NCBI GenBank assembly: GCA_002633005.1 | Contig: NMRA01000156.1 | Coordinates: forward strand, 186,001-250,000 | Source of the DNA: Phoronis australis | Taxonomy: Eukaryota; Animalia; Phoronida | Direction of reading: 5' to 3' | Length of the DNA: 64,000 nucleotides | Shown: positions 26,501 to 38,425 of the stretch, piece by piece | Position numbering within the stretch: the stretch's first letter is position 1 | Layout of the letters: each line of letters starts with the position of its first letter | Notes under the pieces: generated by a model | Told to the model about the DNA's origin: nothing | What the model saw: only the letters and a program-made list of their open reading frames with translations | The model's database searches: none | Translations under genes and position numbers: made by a program

Positions 26501-29500
26501 TACCAGCCCCTTCACCTAATGGCTGTAGACTTCTTTCATCATGTTCATGGCATTAACACAGTAAAGATACTGAATACCATCATTTGTTTGATAATAAATC
26601 ATCTGGCAGACATCAGGTTGGGTTCACACACATCTTGTTGACTGCATTTTCTAGTAAACATTTCCTGTTATTATCCTTTATTCCCACATTTAGGTGTCAT
26701 GTGTTGGACAAGTGAAATTATTTTTTGATTGTCTCACAAGCAGCATCGAACAAATGGTTTTTATTATTTCCAAGTTCTAGTGTTAGCCACCGTCAGAGAT
26801 TGGCTTGCGCAATTGTAGACATTCACATTAGATTAGTTGAGTAGTTTTTTTTTTCAAAGTTTACTCGAGCAGTCGCAGGTTTTGTACTTTTACCAAGCAT
26901 TACGGTGAATTGTTATCGTGAACGAAGGTGCATTAGTATAGAGAACGACTTGATGAGGTGTGGAACTCTAATGTAGGATGAGATGTCAGTGGTTCAACTG
27001 GTTGATTGACTAAATGGTTGAAGTGTTTATCTTAAGATCGATATTGTTGATAATGATATCAATGCTCATGTCAACGTTACTGGTTTGTAACATTTGTAGG
27101 AAGCTTAATCGTCCATTAGTTTCAGTTTGTTTTGGGCATATGTAACAGTGGAAGTGTCGTACGTATTAGAGTAATACAGTGCCACTGTTTAGCATACGAT
27201 ATGCATGGTGGACAAGTGAAGTCTTATTTTGTCAATTTTCTCAACAAAAAATGAAGACTTGAAAGTGTCAGTCTGATATTCGTATTGGTTCACAGCGCGT
27301 AGGTGTCATAAAATAACATTCTGTAATATAGTATAAGAATCAATAAATCTATTATTGGACTAGTAATAGATTTATTGATTCTTATACTATGTCCCAACTG
27401 GATGACTGAAAACATTCATCGTAACATTCTGTAATGTTTCCCTTATTTGCAGCAAGGCTTTAAAAAATACAAAAGTGACAATTTTTACGATAGGTTTGCG
27501 TGCGGAATAATTGCAGAAGTACTGTATTGTATTTCATGTTGCTGAATTTATCTGGTGCCGCGGCGCTCACTCGGCTGAGAGGAAAGGTGTCTGTACCTTC
27601 CGAGAGGGAATTTTTCGGTTGAAGGGAAAGTCCCTTTCTTTGCTGTATCACAACCAATGCCACTCACACGGTTGCAACCCCTCCTCGACAAAGCTTCATG
27701 TGGTCAAAACTAACATTTTGCGTAAGTGATTCTAAGGGGCACGTTTTTGTCGTTGGATGGGAATTTCGGAGCATGACGAGGGATTTTCGTATGACTTTCA
27801 AATATTTTGGGCGCAACCTGTAGAAGAGCCAATGTATTAATGGAGCTTTGCTTGTGTATTCTGCAACCGATGCCATTGTTCAAGTGAACGATGAGTTCCT
27901 CATAATGGTCTTTTGGTGATTTCTTCAAGAGGGCTTGCTCTTCATCATTATGATGTTGAGGAATTTGGACTTGAACCCTTTTAAAGAGCCAGTACAATTT
28001 AAAAACACTGAAAGTGGACTTTTTGTAGAGCCTATGAAGTGAATCTTTCGTTTTGATTCTGGCCGGGGAAAAGCCCATCCACTAGATCCCCTCAGGCATA
28101 AAAACCACCTGTGATTTCACTCGAGAGGCAGATGTGTGCTATCGCTTGAAGTATGCATACATAGCCCTGTTGTCTAGAATCTTCCCCAGAATGTATTGGC
28201 CTTGCGTGAATTCAGTTGGCTCAGCTTTGTAGCCCAAGCAAGTCTGGTGCACCGCAAAAGGCATTCAGCCAGCGGCCCACTTTTTTGGGCATGACCTCTA
28301 CTGATAATTTCTTCAAACCACAATGTTTGTCCTTACTGTTTTACTTAGATGGCCTTGTGAATTTTGTTGGCTAGGTCAAGTTATAATTGTGTATTCGCTT
28401 GGTTTAGATGTAATACTCCTAGGTATGAGACCAAAGGTAGCCTTACAAAGGTCTAAAGGTCGCACACGAATGATGAAATTTTCGACGTCTTCTTTTAGAA
28501 ATGATGTAATTTTCAACTTCGCCTATAGTGTTGATTCCAGCTCTAAAACTTACATATCTGCTATGAATCATGCCACATCCTTCTGAAATTTCCTGGAAAG
28601 AAGCCATGGCGAAGCTTCCTAATTGAGTAAAAGCTATATTTTGCAGTTATTGAATTACTCGTCATGAAATCAATGTTCACCGAGTTTAACACATCTTGCT
28701 GGGATTGAGCTCATGTTCCTGCAAACAAGACCTCAAAATTGAGGTTGAGGCTCTTCAATTTAGTGCGCAAGATAAACATTTTTTAAAATTTTATTTTGCT
28801 TTTGTTACACTGCTGTTCGCTAACACGACATGGTGAAATGTTACAGTGAAAATTCTTCAATTTCAGACAAAATTAATGTAAAAAATTGCCACGTTCATTT
28901 TTATTTTTCAGAGGCTTACCACATTGTTGCAAATGCTCAAATTTTTACCAAATGGTGTTTGGTAATAGCTACGCCATACAAACCATGCTAAAAGCAAAGT
29001 AAATTTTCCTTAAAAGTTATGTTTGTTGAGAAATTTGACGAAGTGAAATTTCATCTGTCCGCCATTATTGGGTCCTAAACTCGAGAATTTTTATGGCAAC
29101 AACATGAAGAAGACTTTGAAAATCTAGTTGTAAATTCTGTATTTTACATTGCTGCTCTCTCCATACTGTGAAGAGTTTGATGTCGTATGTGTGCTGTTGA
29201 AATATAATCTTTCAGAGGCTTCCTTCAATAATGTGAATACCTACAATTTCTCAGAACCATTGTCAGATGGCAGCTATGATATACATCTTTCAATGAGACA
29301 AAGCGTTTATCTGGCGTTACGCATTTTTATGAAAAAAATGAAGGAAATAAAATTGCAGGTGTCGGCCACATTGCATCCTAAATTGGTGATATTATGCTGT
29401 AATTAGATGCAGACGTTTCAAATTGTTTTTTGCACGAGAATTTTGCTTGTGTTTTGAAAACCACTCACAAGTGAGTTTTCTTTTTGTTACACCTTCCTAA

Positions 29501-32500
29501 GAGCCATAATATAGTTCTTAAAGTTATGTATACTGAGCCCTATCTGTAGGTGCATGCATGTGCACTTCGCCTAATATCTACATTATACAGTTCTATGTAC
29601 AACCCTGTCAGCATGTCTGCGCACTTTGCCAAATATTTACCAAAAGAATTTAATTCAGGAAAATAACTGAAGTGCGTAATTGATATCAAAAATATTTGCC
29701 ACTCTTAAATTGAGTAAGGAACCAGGTACGACTAATTATATTATGGTAAGTGGCCTAAATTAAAACTTTGATAGAAAGTATGAGTTTATCGCTGCTTTAA
29801 ATTTATATAGTTTGTCTTTGTGCACAGGTTAAGGATGGTACACTGTTCAACGACGTCTCCAACACTATGAGTGGGTTTGCATCGAAGGTATGTCAGTATG
29901 CTTCGGAGTGCTTGTTTACAAAAAATTACCTTGTCGACTTTCATTAGAATTTAGTTAAGAGACCCTGGTTTTCGGTCTTCAAAAACAATGAAATCCATTT
30001 GGTTCTGTAACCTAGCAACATCCATTTTTATTGATTCAAAGTGATAAGTTAAGCAGAAATGATCGGTGAGTTGCCGTATTTTTCCCACTGATTTATTCCG
30101 CCGCTGCACCCCATTGTTTCTCAAAACCAGAAGGAGAACAGCGCCACGTTCAGAAAGAATGAATAACTACTTGAACATGTCAACTGCAAAACGATCGATT
30201 TGTGGCCAGAGTCATGAAATTTGTTGAATTGTGTTTTTAATTATTGGTAATTTGATATCAAGAATATCAGATTTTTGCTCGAAACCTCTAATATGAGAAG
30301 TGCAATTTAGTGAATTCTTCCTAGGGTTTCTTCTATTGATGACCTTTGACTTGAATGGCAATGAAAGCATTGTGATGTTACCACAGGTGACTGCATATAC
30401 ATGCAAAACTAGACGATGATCGTAGCTTAAGGAGGCTTTCAACAATAAATTTTCTGAATTATCGGCTTGTCAGGGAAGGCAATAAATAGCCTTGAAGCTT
30501 TTTTGCTTTCATTCAAGGTTTGAGAGTTTTTTTGCCGACATACTTTTAGGGTGAGAACATCCTGTTGTTGTGTGATTTACAGATCAGTAACATCGTCAGT
30601 TTAGGACACAATATGATAGACGAGCTAAATTTCACTTCTTGTTCTTTCATGAAATTTGTGTACCACACAATCAATGTTTTACCAAGTTTAAGTTCCGTGT
30701 CGCAGTTGAGATGGTTCAATAGTTTGAAAAACTAGACTTTCGTAAAAATGTTCAAAGTCCCTGCCATACAAAGGTAATGTTGGAAATTATTTTTGCTCAA
30801 AATTGGTGAAAATTTGCAATATTTGTAAAAAATATTGACTAAATCTTCTAGCTGAAAATTGACATACCGGTGCTATTAGAGGGAAAATCTGCAGCTCTCT
30901 TATTATTATTAAACGTGTTCATAAGATTTGTCAGTTTCTAGGCACTGTTCTGTATTATATTAAAATTCTCTGACGGCCTTTTGTCCATTTTCTTTTCTTT
31001 CTCAAATTTGATCTAAAAAACTCACACAGGGCAAATTAGGTCAAACTCAAATAAATCAACTTAGCGATGCTATTCAATGAACCGAATTCGGTCCATGTTG
31101 TATTCCCATGTAATTAGGACTGTTAACTCTTGATATTAAATAAAGATGGCGCTGCACGAGGCTCATATTTTGACATAACGGGACAGTTTTGATAAGTTTG
31201 TGCTTTTTTCTTAAAAACTACAAAATCATTTTGCACGTGTTTGTTACAGGTGTCGAGTGTCGGCGCCAAACACTTGAAGGGGTTCCAGGCCATGTGGAGC
31301 AACCAGCAACCAGCACTAGAGGGCGGGGCAGGCGAACAGTCGTCGCTGCTCGGCGGAGGTGGATACGGATCGTCTGGAAAAACTGGGTGAGTTACGTAGC
31401 CATTTCGACTATAAATTCACGTCTCGTTTGAAAAATCTTGTTATGACACTGTTTCCAGTTTTTTATCAAAACAACTGACAAGTATTTTGAAATTCACGAA
31501 AGCGTGGCTTATGGATGGATACTTCTTAAAAACATGAAGGATTGCTACTTTAATACGGTTCATTAAATCATAGATCAAAAATGACTCTTAGTGATTAATT
31601 ATAACCTGACTTAACCACCCATCGTACTTTAAACTTCTGGTTATTAACTTCCTATTGATCCACGAGTTGAATGATTCTGTGAAGAATTGGCTCCGACTTG
31701 AACTGACATAACTCAACTTGAACTGACATAACTCAACTTGAACTGACATAACTCAACTTGAACTGACATAACTCAACTTGAACTGACATAACTCAACTTG
31801 AACTGACATAACTCGTGCAGGTAGCATTTCGCAGTTGTTGTTGATGCATTTGTGCGTGTATAATTAGTGACAGCTGAAGAGCTCAGTCAATGGGCAGTGT
31901 GTGTGTGTGTGCTGTGATTAGGTTACTGCAGAGGTTGAGATCACCGTGTGAGTGTAATCAATGCCGATTCCTAGATGACGATAGAGTGCGTTGCTGGCAG
32001 GGTTCTGCATTTTGGGGATTTAAATGAAAAATGAATGTTTATTATGAATTATCTTGCCTTTTCAACCAATATTTCAAGTTAGCATTATGCGATCCCATAG
32101 AAAAATATTAGCCTGATGGAGCATGCCCTTGGCTACCAATGTGCGAATTTAAAAAGCTCTATCTTGAAATTCGTATGAGGATTGGCATTTCTAAAGAATT
32201 TTGTCTTTCTTTTGCATTTTTAGTCTGTGGTGCACTGTAATTTACGAATGGTGAAAATGTGCGCGTGAAATTTCAAGTTTAATTCAATTTTTAAATTTAG
32301 TTCAGCTCCGTAAAAGGTCGGGAAGGATGACGGGAATGATATAAATCAGTACTCGGCGCTTGTTCATACAAAGTAAATATTATTGGCTTTAGGGTGTGGT
32401 AATATTTGAAAAAAATAGTTGTTCTTGGGGAACTCGCTGTGTAGACACGAATAGAAGTGCCGGGGCAAGTTACCCTAGAGCAAGTTACACTACCTCAATA

Positions 32501-35500
32501 AGGTGGTGTAAGTTGTCATGCATGTATCAAGTTGTCCCAGCACAAGTAGTGTCCTCACTACTCCGGTTAAGTCTCGCCGGTTCCGGACACACTGTGACAA
32601 GAAAAATTTTATTTTCTCATTTCTTTCATGAAAGTTATGTAGCATCTAATTATTGCTGTACCATCTTCAGGCTCGGTACCATAGCTACAGCTGGAAAATG
32701 TTTTGAAAAAAATGTGGAAGTTCACCACATCGTTAGAGGGTCTTGAAAAACAAAACGGGGTGATTTTGGCAATTATTTAATTGATTTTGTCCAACGTTAG
32801 TGAGATTTCCTCATACTAAAGCTCGTGACAACTCGCTCTCGCTCTTGGAGAATACCTTGTTGTAGGGTAACTCGTCATGGGCACTTTATATATCCTAGAC
32901 ACATCAGTCACAAGTCAACAGAGTGTGTTGCTTTTGTTCTAGGACTGTTCATATTACTCCCAGCTTTTGTTTAACAAATAATTGTCTTTCTGGGGATTGT
33001 CAGTTACTTCCTCGTAGGAACATTCTGATTGAAACAAGGCAAAGCAAGTCCGAAACTCCATTGAATTAATGTATTGATTTTCGTCGTGCTCGGCGGTTTT
33101 AGTCATGTTTCATTAGACTCAATACTGCGTTTTTGTTCATTACAGTATCGAAATCATCTTCGTTTTACTGGGTGATTATCTCTTTAGTCCATTGCACTCT
33201 GTCATGATTACTACTGCTGCTAACAGCCATCACCTAGTAACCTTTGGCTTAATGGTATTTATCTCTGACAGTTGTAAAGAATCAACGTAATTAGGTGTGT
33301 TTATAGGTTGTTATTGTCTTCCACTCAGAAGTGTAATGATGCAGGGACGAAATGAGTGTTTTGATTGTGCAAAACTGTAAGAATAAATTTGCCCTGCAAA
33401 CTCGATTTAATTAACCCACCGATTTTGCATCTTTTCCCTTTCGAAAACAAAATTCACCGGTTTCTGGGCTAGTAAGTCATTTTGCTTACAGATTATTTAT
33501 TTTGTCCGGTGAATCGACTATTTGTCTTGCAAATCAGTAGCCATATTCTGATATATGGGTGACGTATTGTAACGTGGCATATTGCTAGATGATGATAGAT
33601 TACNGTTGTTGGGTAACTCGTCATGGGCACTTTATATATCCTAGACACATCAGTCACACATCAACAGAGTGTGTTGCTTTTGTTTAACAAATAATTGTCT
33701 TTCTGGAAATTGTCAGTTACTTCCTCGTAGGAACACTCTGATTGAAACAAGGCAAAGCAAGACCGAAACTCCATTGAATTAATGTATTGATTTTCGTCGT
33801 GCTCGACGGTTTTAGTCATGTTTCATTAGACTCAATACTGCATTTTTGTTCATTACAGTATCGAAATCATCTTCGTTTTACTGGGTGATTATCTCTTTAG
33901 TCCATTGCACTCTGTCATGATTACTACTGCTACTAAGCAGCCATCACCTAGTAACCTTTGGCTTAATGGTATTTATCTCTGACAGTTGTAAAGAATCAAC
34001 GTAATTAGGTGTGTTTATAGGTTGTTATTGTCTTCCACTCAGAAGTGTAATGATGCAGGGACGAAATGAGTGTTTTGATTGTGCAAAACTGTAAGAATAA
34101 ATTTGCCCTGCAAACTCGATTTAATTAACCCACCGATTTTGCATCTTTTCCCTTTCGAAAACAAAATTCACCGGTTTCTGGGCTAGTAAGTCATTTTGCT
34201 TACAGATTATTTATTTTGTCCGGTGAATCGACTATTTGTCTTGCAAATCAGTAGCCATATTCTGATATATGGGTGACGTATTGTAACGTGGCATATTGCT
34301 AGATGATGATAGATTACTTTGTCTGCAAATGTGCAACACTGCCTACAGTTTACAGAGTTAGACCGGGATTTAAAGCAGTGAATTTTGTCAGGTTTTTAAA
34401 ATTCTTTGATATCACAATTTTGTCAAATCTTCATTGCTGTGTCATGTGGGATGTTCTAATGATTCATGTTAAAATCTCCAATGTCAATAAGTATCATGGG
34501 TAAATGGTATTTTGTCCGATTACTTTTATTAGTCTTGTACTCTAAACGTAGTAAAAACTTCATTTCGAGTAAACAGTTATTATCATATTACCATCTTTCT
34601 GTTTTTCAAAGGCTAACTGTTAGTAGTACTCTTCTCATAAATCGCACTTACAGAGATTGGATTTTAGGTTTACTCGGACATGTTCCACAATACGATTGTT
34701 CTAACTCGTGCATTCGGTCCCTCAGTTCAGTCTGATTTTGCCTTGGATAAAATCTCTCATTAAAGTTGGATCTGACTGAAGACTGTTCTACTGTGAATTG
34801 CTTTGAGTGTATTGTATTGTTTGTTTTTTTTGCGAAATTAGTGCACTTGCCACCACAGCAGTCAGCACACATCAAACACATTTAAATTACAACAGGAAGT
34901 AAACATACAGAAGTCGGAATTGTTTGGCAAAAATTCGGGCAAGATCGGTGAAACATGTGCCTCTAGTGTATGCAATCAGATACGGATCATGACACAACCT
35001 TTTTTTTGGTCGATGAATCCGACTGAGTTTTGGCGACCTCAGATTTCGTTTGGCAACCTGGGATTTTCACGAAGTCGCCAAGTGTGTTTTGGCTAGGTGC
35101 CGAGCTCTGATTGTTGTACTTTCTCACTGGTTCACCTAATGATTAATAACAATTTTAAACACAAATTAAATATGTTTTTGACAAAATCTCCCCCTGTTGT
35201 CTGTTGCAGTAATAAGCCTCTGCTGGAGTCTCAAGACTCCTGGTCCGATTGGAATGACTGGGATGGAGGTCAGGACGAGCCAGGACAGGAAGTGACGGAT
35301 GGCTGGTCGGACTCGTGGGGTGAAGACAATCATCTAGGGCAACAGGCTATGAAAGCTGATGAAGAAAGCTGGGGAGATTGGAGCAATGACCCGGTGGGAA
35401 CGAAAAAGTCGTCTGCTGAGGATCAGCGGAACTCGAGGGGATGGAGTGATTTAAAAACGACAACCAGTGCTTCTAGTGCAAATAAGAAGAGTTCTGCGAG

Positions 35501-35672
35501 GACGGTGACAAAAACGAAGAAGGTCAAGTCGAAAGCGAACGAGCCAGAGACGGGAAATCTTATAGATTTTGGCGGAGCTAATGACGACATCTGGGCTCAA
35601 GAGAATGATCTTTGGCAGAGTTTGGATGATGACGATTCAGGCACGGCAAAACTTGTTGGAAAGAAAGACTAG
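1222..35672 (+). CDS. ARFGAP1: ADP-ribosylation factor GTPase-activating protein 1, spliced gene, 11 coding exons, 496 aa
   Basis: Exons 1222-1281, 4299-4408, 4859-5030, 6200-6396, 7640-7708, 8132-8231, 9184-9240, 24572-24637, 29828-29887, 31250-31386, 35210-35672 all have GT-AG ends with matching phases (1491 nt). Starts [13 protein letters not shown], has the CxxC-x16-CxxC-x4-R zinc finger, [12 protein letters not shown], the ALPS region [14 protein letters not shown] and a Trp/acidic tail. Confidence 0.97.
2156..2410. mobile_element. MITE with ~30-bp imperfect TIRs
   Basis: CTGGAGCCCATTCCAACAAAACTGACTTA pairs with TAAGTCAGTTTCTTGGAACAGGCCCCTGG; internal TTAAGACAAA subrepeats. Confidence 0.7.
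4181..4245 (-). mobile_element. tRNA-derived SINE fragment
   Basis: Reverse strand reads GAGGTCGTGGGTTCGAGTCCCACTGGGCCACC (T-arm/B box); the 5' half is degenerate. Confidence 0.55.
4299..4408 (+). CDS. ARFGAP1: ARFGAP1 exon 2, zinc finger ([36 protein letters not shown])
   Basis: TTTCAG acceptor, GTATGG donor, canonical ArfGAP motif. Confidence 0.97.
4859..5030 (+). CDS. ARFGAP1: ARFGAP1 exon 3 ([23 protein letters not shown]...[13 protein letters not shown])
   Basis: TTTAG acceptor, GTGAGT donor, ArfGAP domain. Confidence 0.97.
4913..5268 (+). repeat. Tandem 129-nt triplication of the ARFGAP1 exon-3 3' part plus donor site
   Basis: Units start GAAAGT(G/A)GGCGG at 4913, 5042 and 5171; copies 2 and 3 are degenerate. 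Confidence 0.9.
6200..6396 (+). CDS. ARFGAP1: ARFGAP1 exon 4 ([20 protein letters not shown]...)
   Basis: TTCAG acceptor, GTGATG donor, phase 0 in and phase 2 out. Confidence 0.92.
6425..6962. mobile_element. Non-autonomous DNA transposon (Kolobok-like), with related copies near 14120-14480 and 43557-43900
   Basis: Shared left end AGGTTATGTAG(G/A)A..CT..AAAAATATCCA in all three copies; imperfect inverted end GGTCCCGCATAATATT. Confidence 0.55.
7640..7708 (+). CDS. ARFGAP1: ARFGAP1 exon 5 ([22 protein letters not shown])
   Basis: CATAG acceptor, GTAAGT donor; peptide typical of invertebrate and fungal ArfGAP1/Gcs1. Confidence 0.92.
8132..8231 (+). CDS. ARFGAP1: ARFGAP1 exon 6 ([16 protein letters not shown]...DDFMASLQA)
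   Basis: Conserved GGKYVGFG motif; GTAAGT donor. Confidence 0.94.
9184..9240 (+). CDS. ARFGAP1: ARFGAP1 exon 7, ALPS motif ([19 protein letters not shown])
   Basis: TACAG acceptor, GTGAGA donor. Confidence 0.94.
10725..10957 (+). mobile_element. hAT-like MITE with CAGGGCTTGGAAT TIR
   Basis: TIRs CAGGGCTTGGAAT / ATTCCAAGCTCTG; flanks CTTATT / TTTATT; homologous to 38176-38425 and 44527-44758. Confidence 0.8.
11605..11631 (+). CDS. ARFGAP1: Candidate alternative 27-nt microexon of ARFGAP1 (SWLSGEALK)
   Basis: CACTAAC branch point at 11541, ~60-nt AG-free tract, CCAG acceptor, AAG|GTTAGA donor, frame-preserving and stop-free; four TGCATG motifs downstream. Confidence 0.5.
16164..16304. mobile_element. 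Small PIF/Harbinger-type MITE
   Basis: TTA|AGGGTCCTGTTACAC ... TGTGACACCGCCCT|TTA. Confidence 0.55.
18588..19100 (+). repeat. 14-bp minisatellite (TTATGACAACAGAA)n
   Basis: About 35 degenerate tandem units, directly visible. Confidence 0.95.
19168..19410 (+). repeat. ~240-bp interspersed repeat; second copy at ~21890-22132
   Basis: Shared CAGAGG.GTATTCAA.TG..AAACTGTGT...CAACTCACGAATGGGTGAT.GGTTTTGTATGAAAC. Confidence 0.85.
21086..21593. mobile_element. MITE with 16-bp TIR, TA-flanked
   Basis: TA|GGCCCATTCATACTAA ... TTAGTATGAAAGGGCC|TA. Confidence 0.8.
23442..23871. mobile_element. Harbinger-like MITE containing a (CA)n microsatellite at ~23516-23554
   Basis: ~35-bp imperfect TIRs GTCCACACA.AG.CTACCCTA.A.CAA.TT. 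Confidence 0.75.
24572..24637 (+). CDS. ARFGAP1: ARFGAP1 exon 8 ([22 protein letters not shown])
   Basis: TTTTCAG acceptor, GTGAGC donor, phase 0/0. Confidence 0.92.
27328..27421 (+). mobile_element. Short retroelement-type insertion (Penelope-like 3' end with inverted duplication) and 14-bp TSD
   Basis: Direct repeats TAACATTCTGTAAT at 27314-27327 and 27422-27435; perfect 27-bp inverted arms at 27328-27354 and 27364-27390. Confidence 0.7.
29828..29887 (+). CDS. ARFGAP1: ARFGAP1 exon 9, ALPS2 region ([20 protein letters not shown])
   Basis: Resembles human VKEGKIFDDVSSGVSQLASK; GTATGT donor. Confidence 0.93.
31250..31386 (+). CDS. ARFGAP1: ARFGAP1 exon 10 ([20 protein letters not shown]...)
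   Basis: TACAG acceptor, GTGAGT donor, phase 0/2. Confidence 0.9.
31696..31814 (+). repeat. 20-bp tandem repeat (ACTTGAACTGACATAACTCA) x ~6
   Basis: Perfect tandem units. Confidence 0.95.
32438..32902. mobile_element. MITE related to the 23442 element
   Basis: Imperfect TIRs around AAGTGCC...AGTTACCCTA / TAGGGTAACT...GGCACTT. Confidence 0.55.
32859..34317 (+). repeat. ~0.72-0.75 kb near-identical tandem duplication joined at an N (33604)
   Basis: 32859-33603 vs 33605-34317, differing by SNPs and one ~32-bp indel. Confidence 0.92.
35210..35672 (+). CDS. ARFGAP1: ARFGAP1 last coding exon, Trp/acidic tail
   Basis: TGCAG acceptor; in frame with ORF 35097-35672; TAG stop. Confidence 0.92.
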
Positions 35673-38175
35673 GATCAACAATTTTTTTCTAGTTTGGACA
35701 ACATGGTTGGCGTAGATGAAACCTTGCGTTGTTCAACGTTTTGCACTTGTCTAGAACATGGACTTTCCGCTCCAGAAGACCCGTCCGCTGATTTGCGCTG
35801 AAATCGGCCATTCATGGAAACGATGGTGTTACCTGTGAATACTGACCCAACACTTTCTGACGTGGTCAAGACATCGTTGAACTACAAATATACACGGACT
35901 TTCAATAGACCTTTGACTGCTTACAACTCTGACAGTACACTTGTTTTTACAACCGTTTTCTGTGCAATTTCCACTGAATTAGAACTGTGTCTCTGGATAT
36001 GATGAGATTATGTGTTTCCAACATGCCGGATGTGTGAGGCACACTTTAAAGCTTGAATGTCAAGCGCCTTATGGAATATTTTTGAGCAACTGCATTTCAT
36101 AGATTTGGTGACAAAAGGGCAAGGTGATGTCTGTTAAATAACCTGACCCGTCTCTATGCGTTCTTGAAGTGTGGATGTATGGCTGGTGACATAGATTAAA
36201 ATTACTATTCAGAGTGAAGACAGCTTGTCAGGACATCAGTGAAGAATTGTCACAAGTATACAGAAAGGAGAATATACCTCTTTGAACTGTTTTGGTCAAT
36301 TTGGCACAGTTTATACTTACTGTGAAAGGGATTTTGAAGTATTTTAGTCGGTTTTAGGAGAATAACTAAATAACGATAACAATTCTTCAAAGTGGGTGTT
36401 GACACTGTGAGCAAGTGGCTCAATGCAAATACTGTGTGTCCAAATCATTACTGTGTTAGTTTTTTTTTAACTATTTCTGACATCCTTGCTCAACTCAAAT
36501 TTTATGTGCTGGGGCAGGGACTAAACATTTATGGGTTTCGCCACCTTTTGGCAGCTGTCTGATCATTGAAGCAGTTAATCACTGCTTACTTGAAAAATCC
36601 GACAATTATGGAATGTTTTCACCGTGCCATTCCTCCTGTTTGAAGAACTGTTATTTTTATTGATTCCATTTTTATAGAAAGAGGCCTTATTGGTAAATAT
36701 AGTCTGCCAAATTGACCAAAGTTGTCAAAAAGATGTCGTTCCCCTTCAAGTTTGCGTGACAAAATACTTGTTGTATTAAAAAATGTTTAATCATTTCATG
36801 TCCACTTTACACCCACTGCGCACTTGAATTATTTGCAAAGCTGTCATGAACGGCTGACAAACTCCACAAGATAGCGAGTCAAATACCTATCTTTGGTGTT
36901 AAATATTTACTGCACAAGGTCATGATCCTTATTTGTATGCTTTGTAAGAACAAGTTGTGATATACACTGACTTGAGGAAAACGAAGTATAACCACGGACA
37001 GAGGATTACTGGCCCTTAGTTCATCAGCTGTGCGGTAAAGTTTCACCAATTTGGGACAAAATTATTTGCGAAACTTGCCATTTTTCACGTTTCGAGGGTT
37101 TTAACATTGTGAGTGAATGACCTCGTTATTTTTCGAAATATTGTCAAATGGTTGCCACGGTACAGACCTTGAACAAGGCAAAGCTCTGCTTTACCTCCCA
37201 CATACCTTTCATGGAAAAAATGATAAAAAATTTCAGTTTTCAGCCATACTGTGTCCTAAATTTAGCGGGATATTGTACTGTACATGCAATCTAGTGATGT
37301 GACAATTTTTTTGCTTTACTTATTCGACTGATGGAGCACTTTCATAACTGGATGCAGTAAAATTTCTGAGAGTTATTAGTTTTAGACAATACTTATGAAC
37401 ATTTTTCTGGCTTCATCACAGTGATGGATTAGAAAGTCAGATGAAAAATAACATTTGAAAATTGGCTTGAACATGTTGCTTCAAAATTTCGTCCATTTTT
37501 GATGACACGAAATATTGTCAAATTTTTTGAGAACTTCCTTCTCAGCAATTACTCCCAGCAATCTGTTCAGCACACAGCTCCTTACTGCAGCACTGTTAAG
37601 TGACAGAAACAATTTCCACTGATTTTGCAAGCAAATATTTGCCAAAATTATCATTTTCCATTTTTCAGAGGCTGATTATCTTTTCGCAAATAATGAAAGT
37701 TTCAGCAAAAATGTTTCCTGACATCCACACTCTACAATGATCTTAAAATGTTCTTAATATTTACTTTTTGGAGAAGTTTAACAAAACAGAAGTTCATTCG
37801 TTGGCCATCTTGTGAGCTAAATAAGTGAAGATTTACAGTAATTTGGTAATTGTACATTCTGTGTTGTTTTGTTGGTGCCTGACTGGTAGGCTGGTAGATG
37901 TTGGTTTCCAAATGGTGCTCTGTCCACGACATGGTCTCGTGTCGTTATTTATTCCTTGTAAGTTATTATACCAGCACTAATGTATGATTGAACACTCGAC
38001 TCCATCTCACATTGTTTGTGATTTCTGAAGATCTTTTCATGAATATAGTGAATATTTGTAGTATGATACTTGTATAAAAGAAGTCATTTTGCTCGTTATG
38101 CTAATGTGTCAAGATTTTCATTCATTGGTAATGCTAGAATTTGAATTGATTTTTTGTTTGATCTTATGATCCACA

Positions 38176-38425
38176 CAGGGCTTGGAATTATACTCTTTTA
38201 AGATAATTTCCTTTTTTTGGGTTCGATTTCTTCTTATTTGATTTCCAGTTTCCTTTTATTTCGTCTCTTTTTATCATTATTTTGACTTTATTCATACAAA
38301 AGTGTAATTTCAGTTGAGTTTTACAACACAAAAAATATTTCTGTCTCACAAGCCTTTTTATTTGTGGAACGATTCATCACCTGGGAATTTTTCCTCTTTC
38401 TTGTCATTGGTCTTTCCAAGTCCTG
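38176..38425 (+). mobile_element. hAT-like MITE, same family as 10725
   Basis: Same TIR and internal sequence (TTTTACAACACAAAAA..TATTTCT.TCTCACAAGCC). Confidence 0.8.

Noticed and set aside
31696-31814. 20-bp repeats as a CRISPR or regulatory array
   Set aside because: Simple perfect minisatellite without spacers
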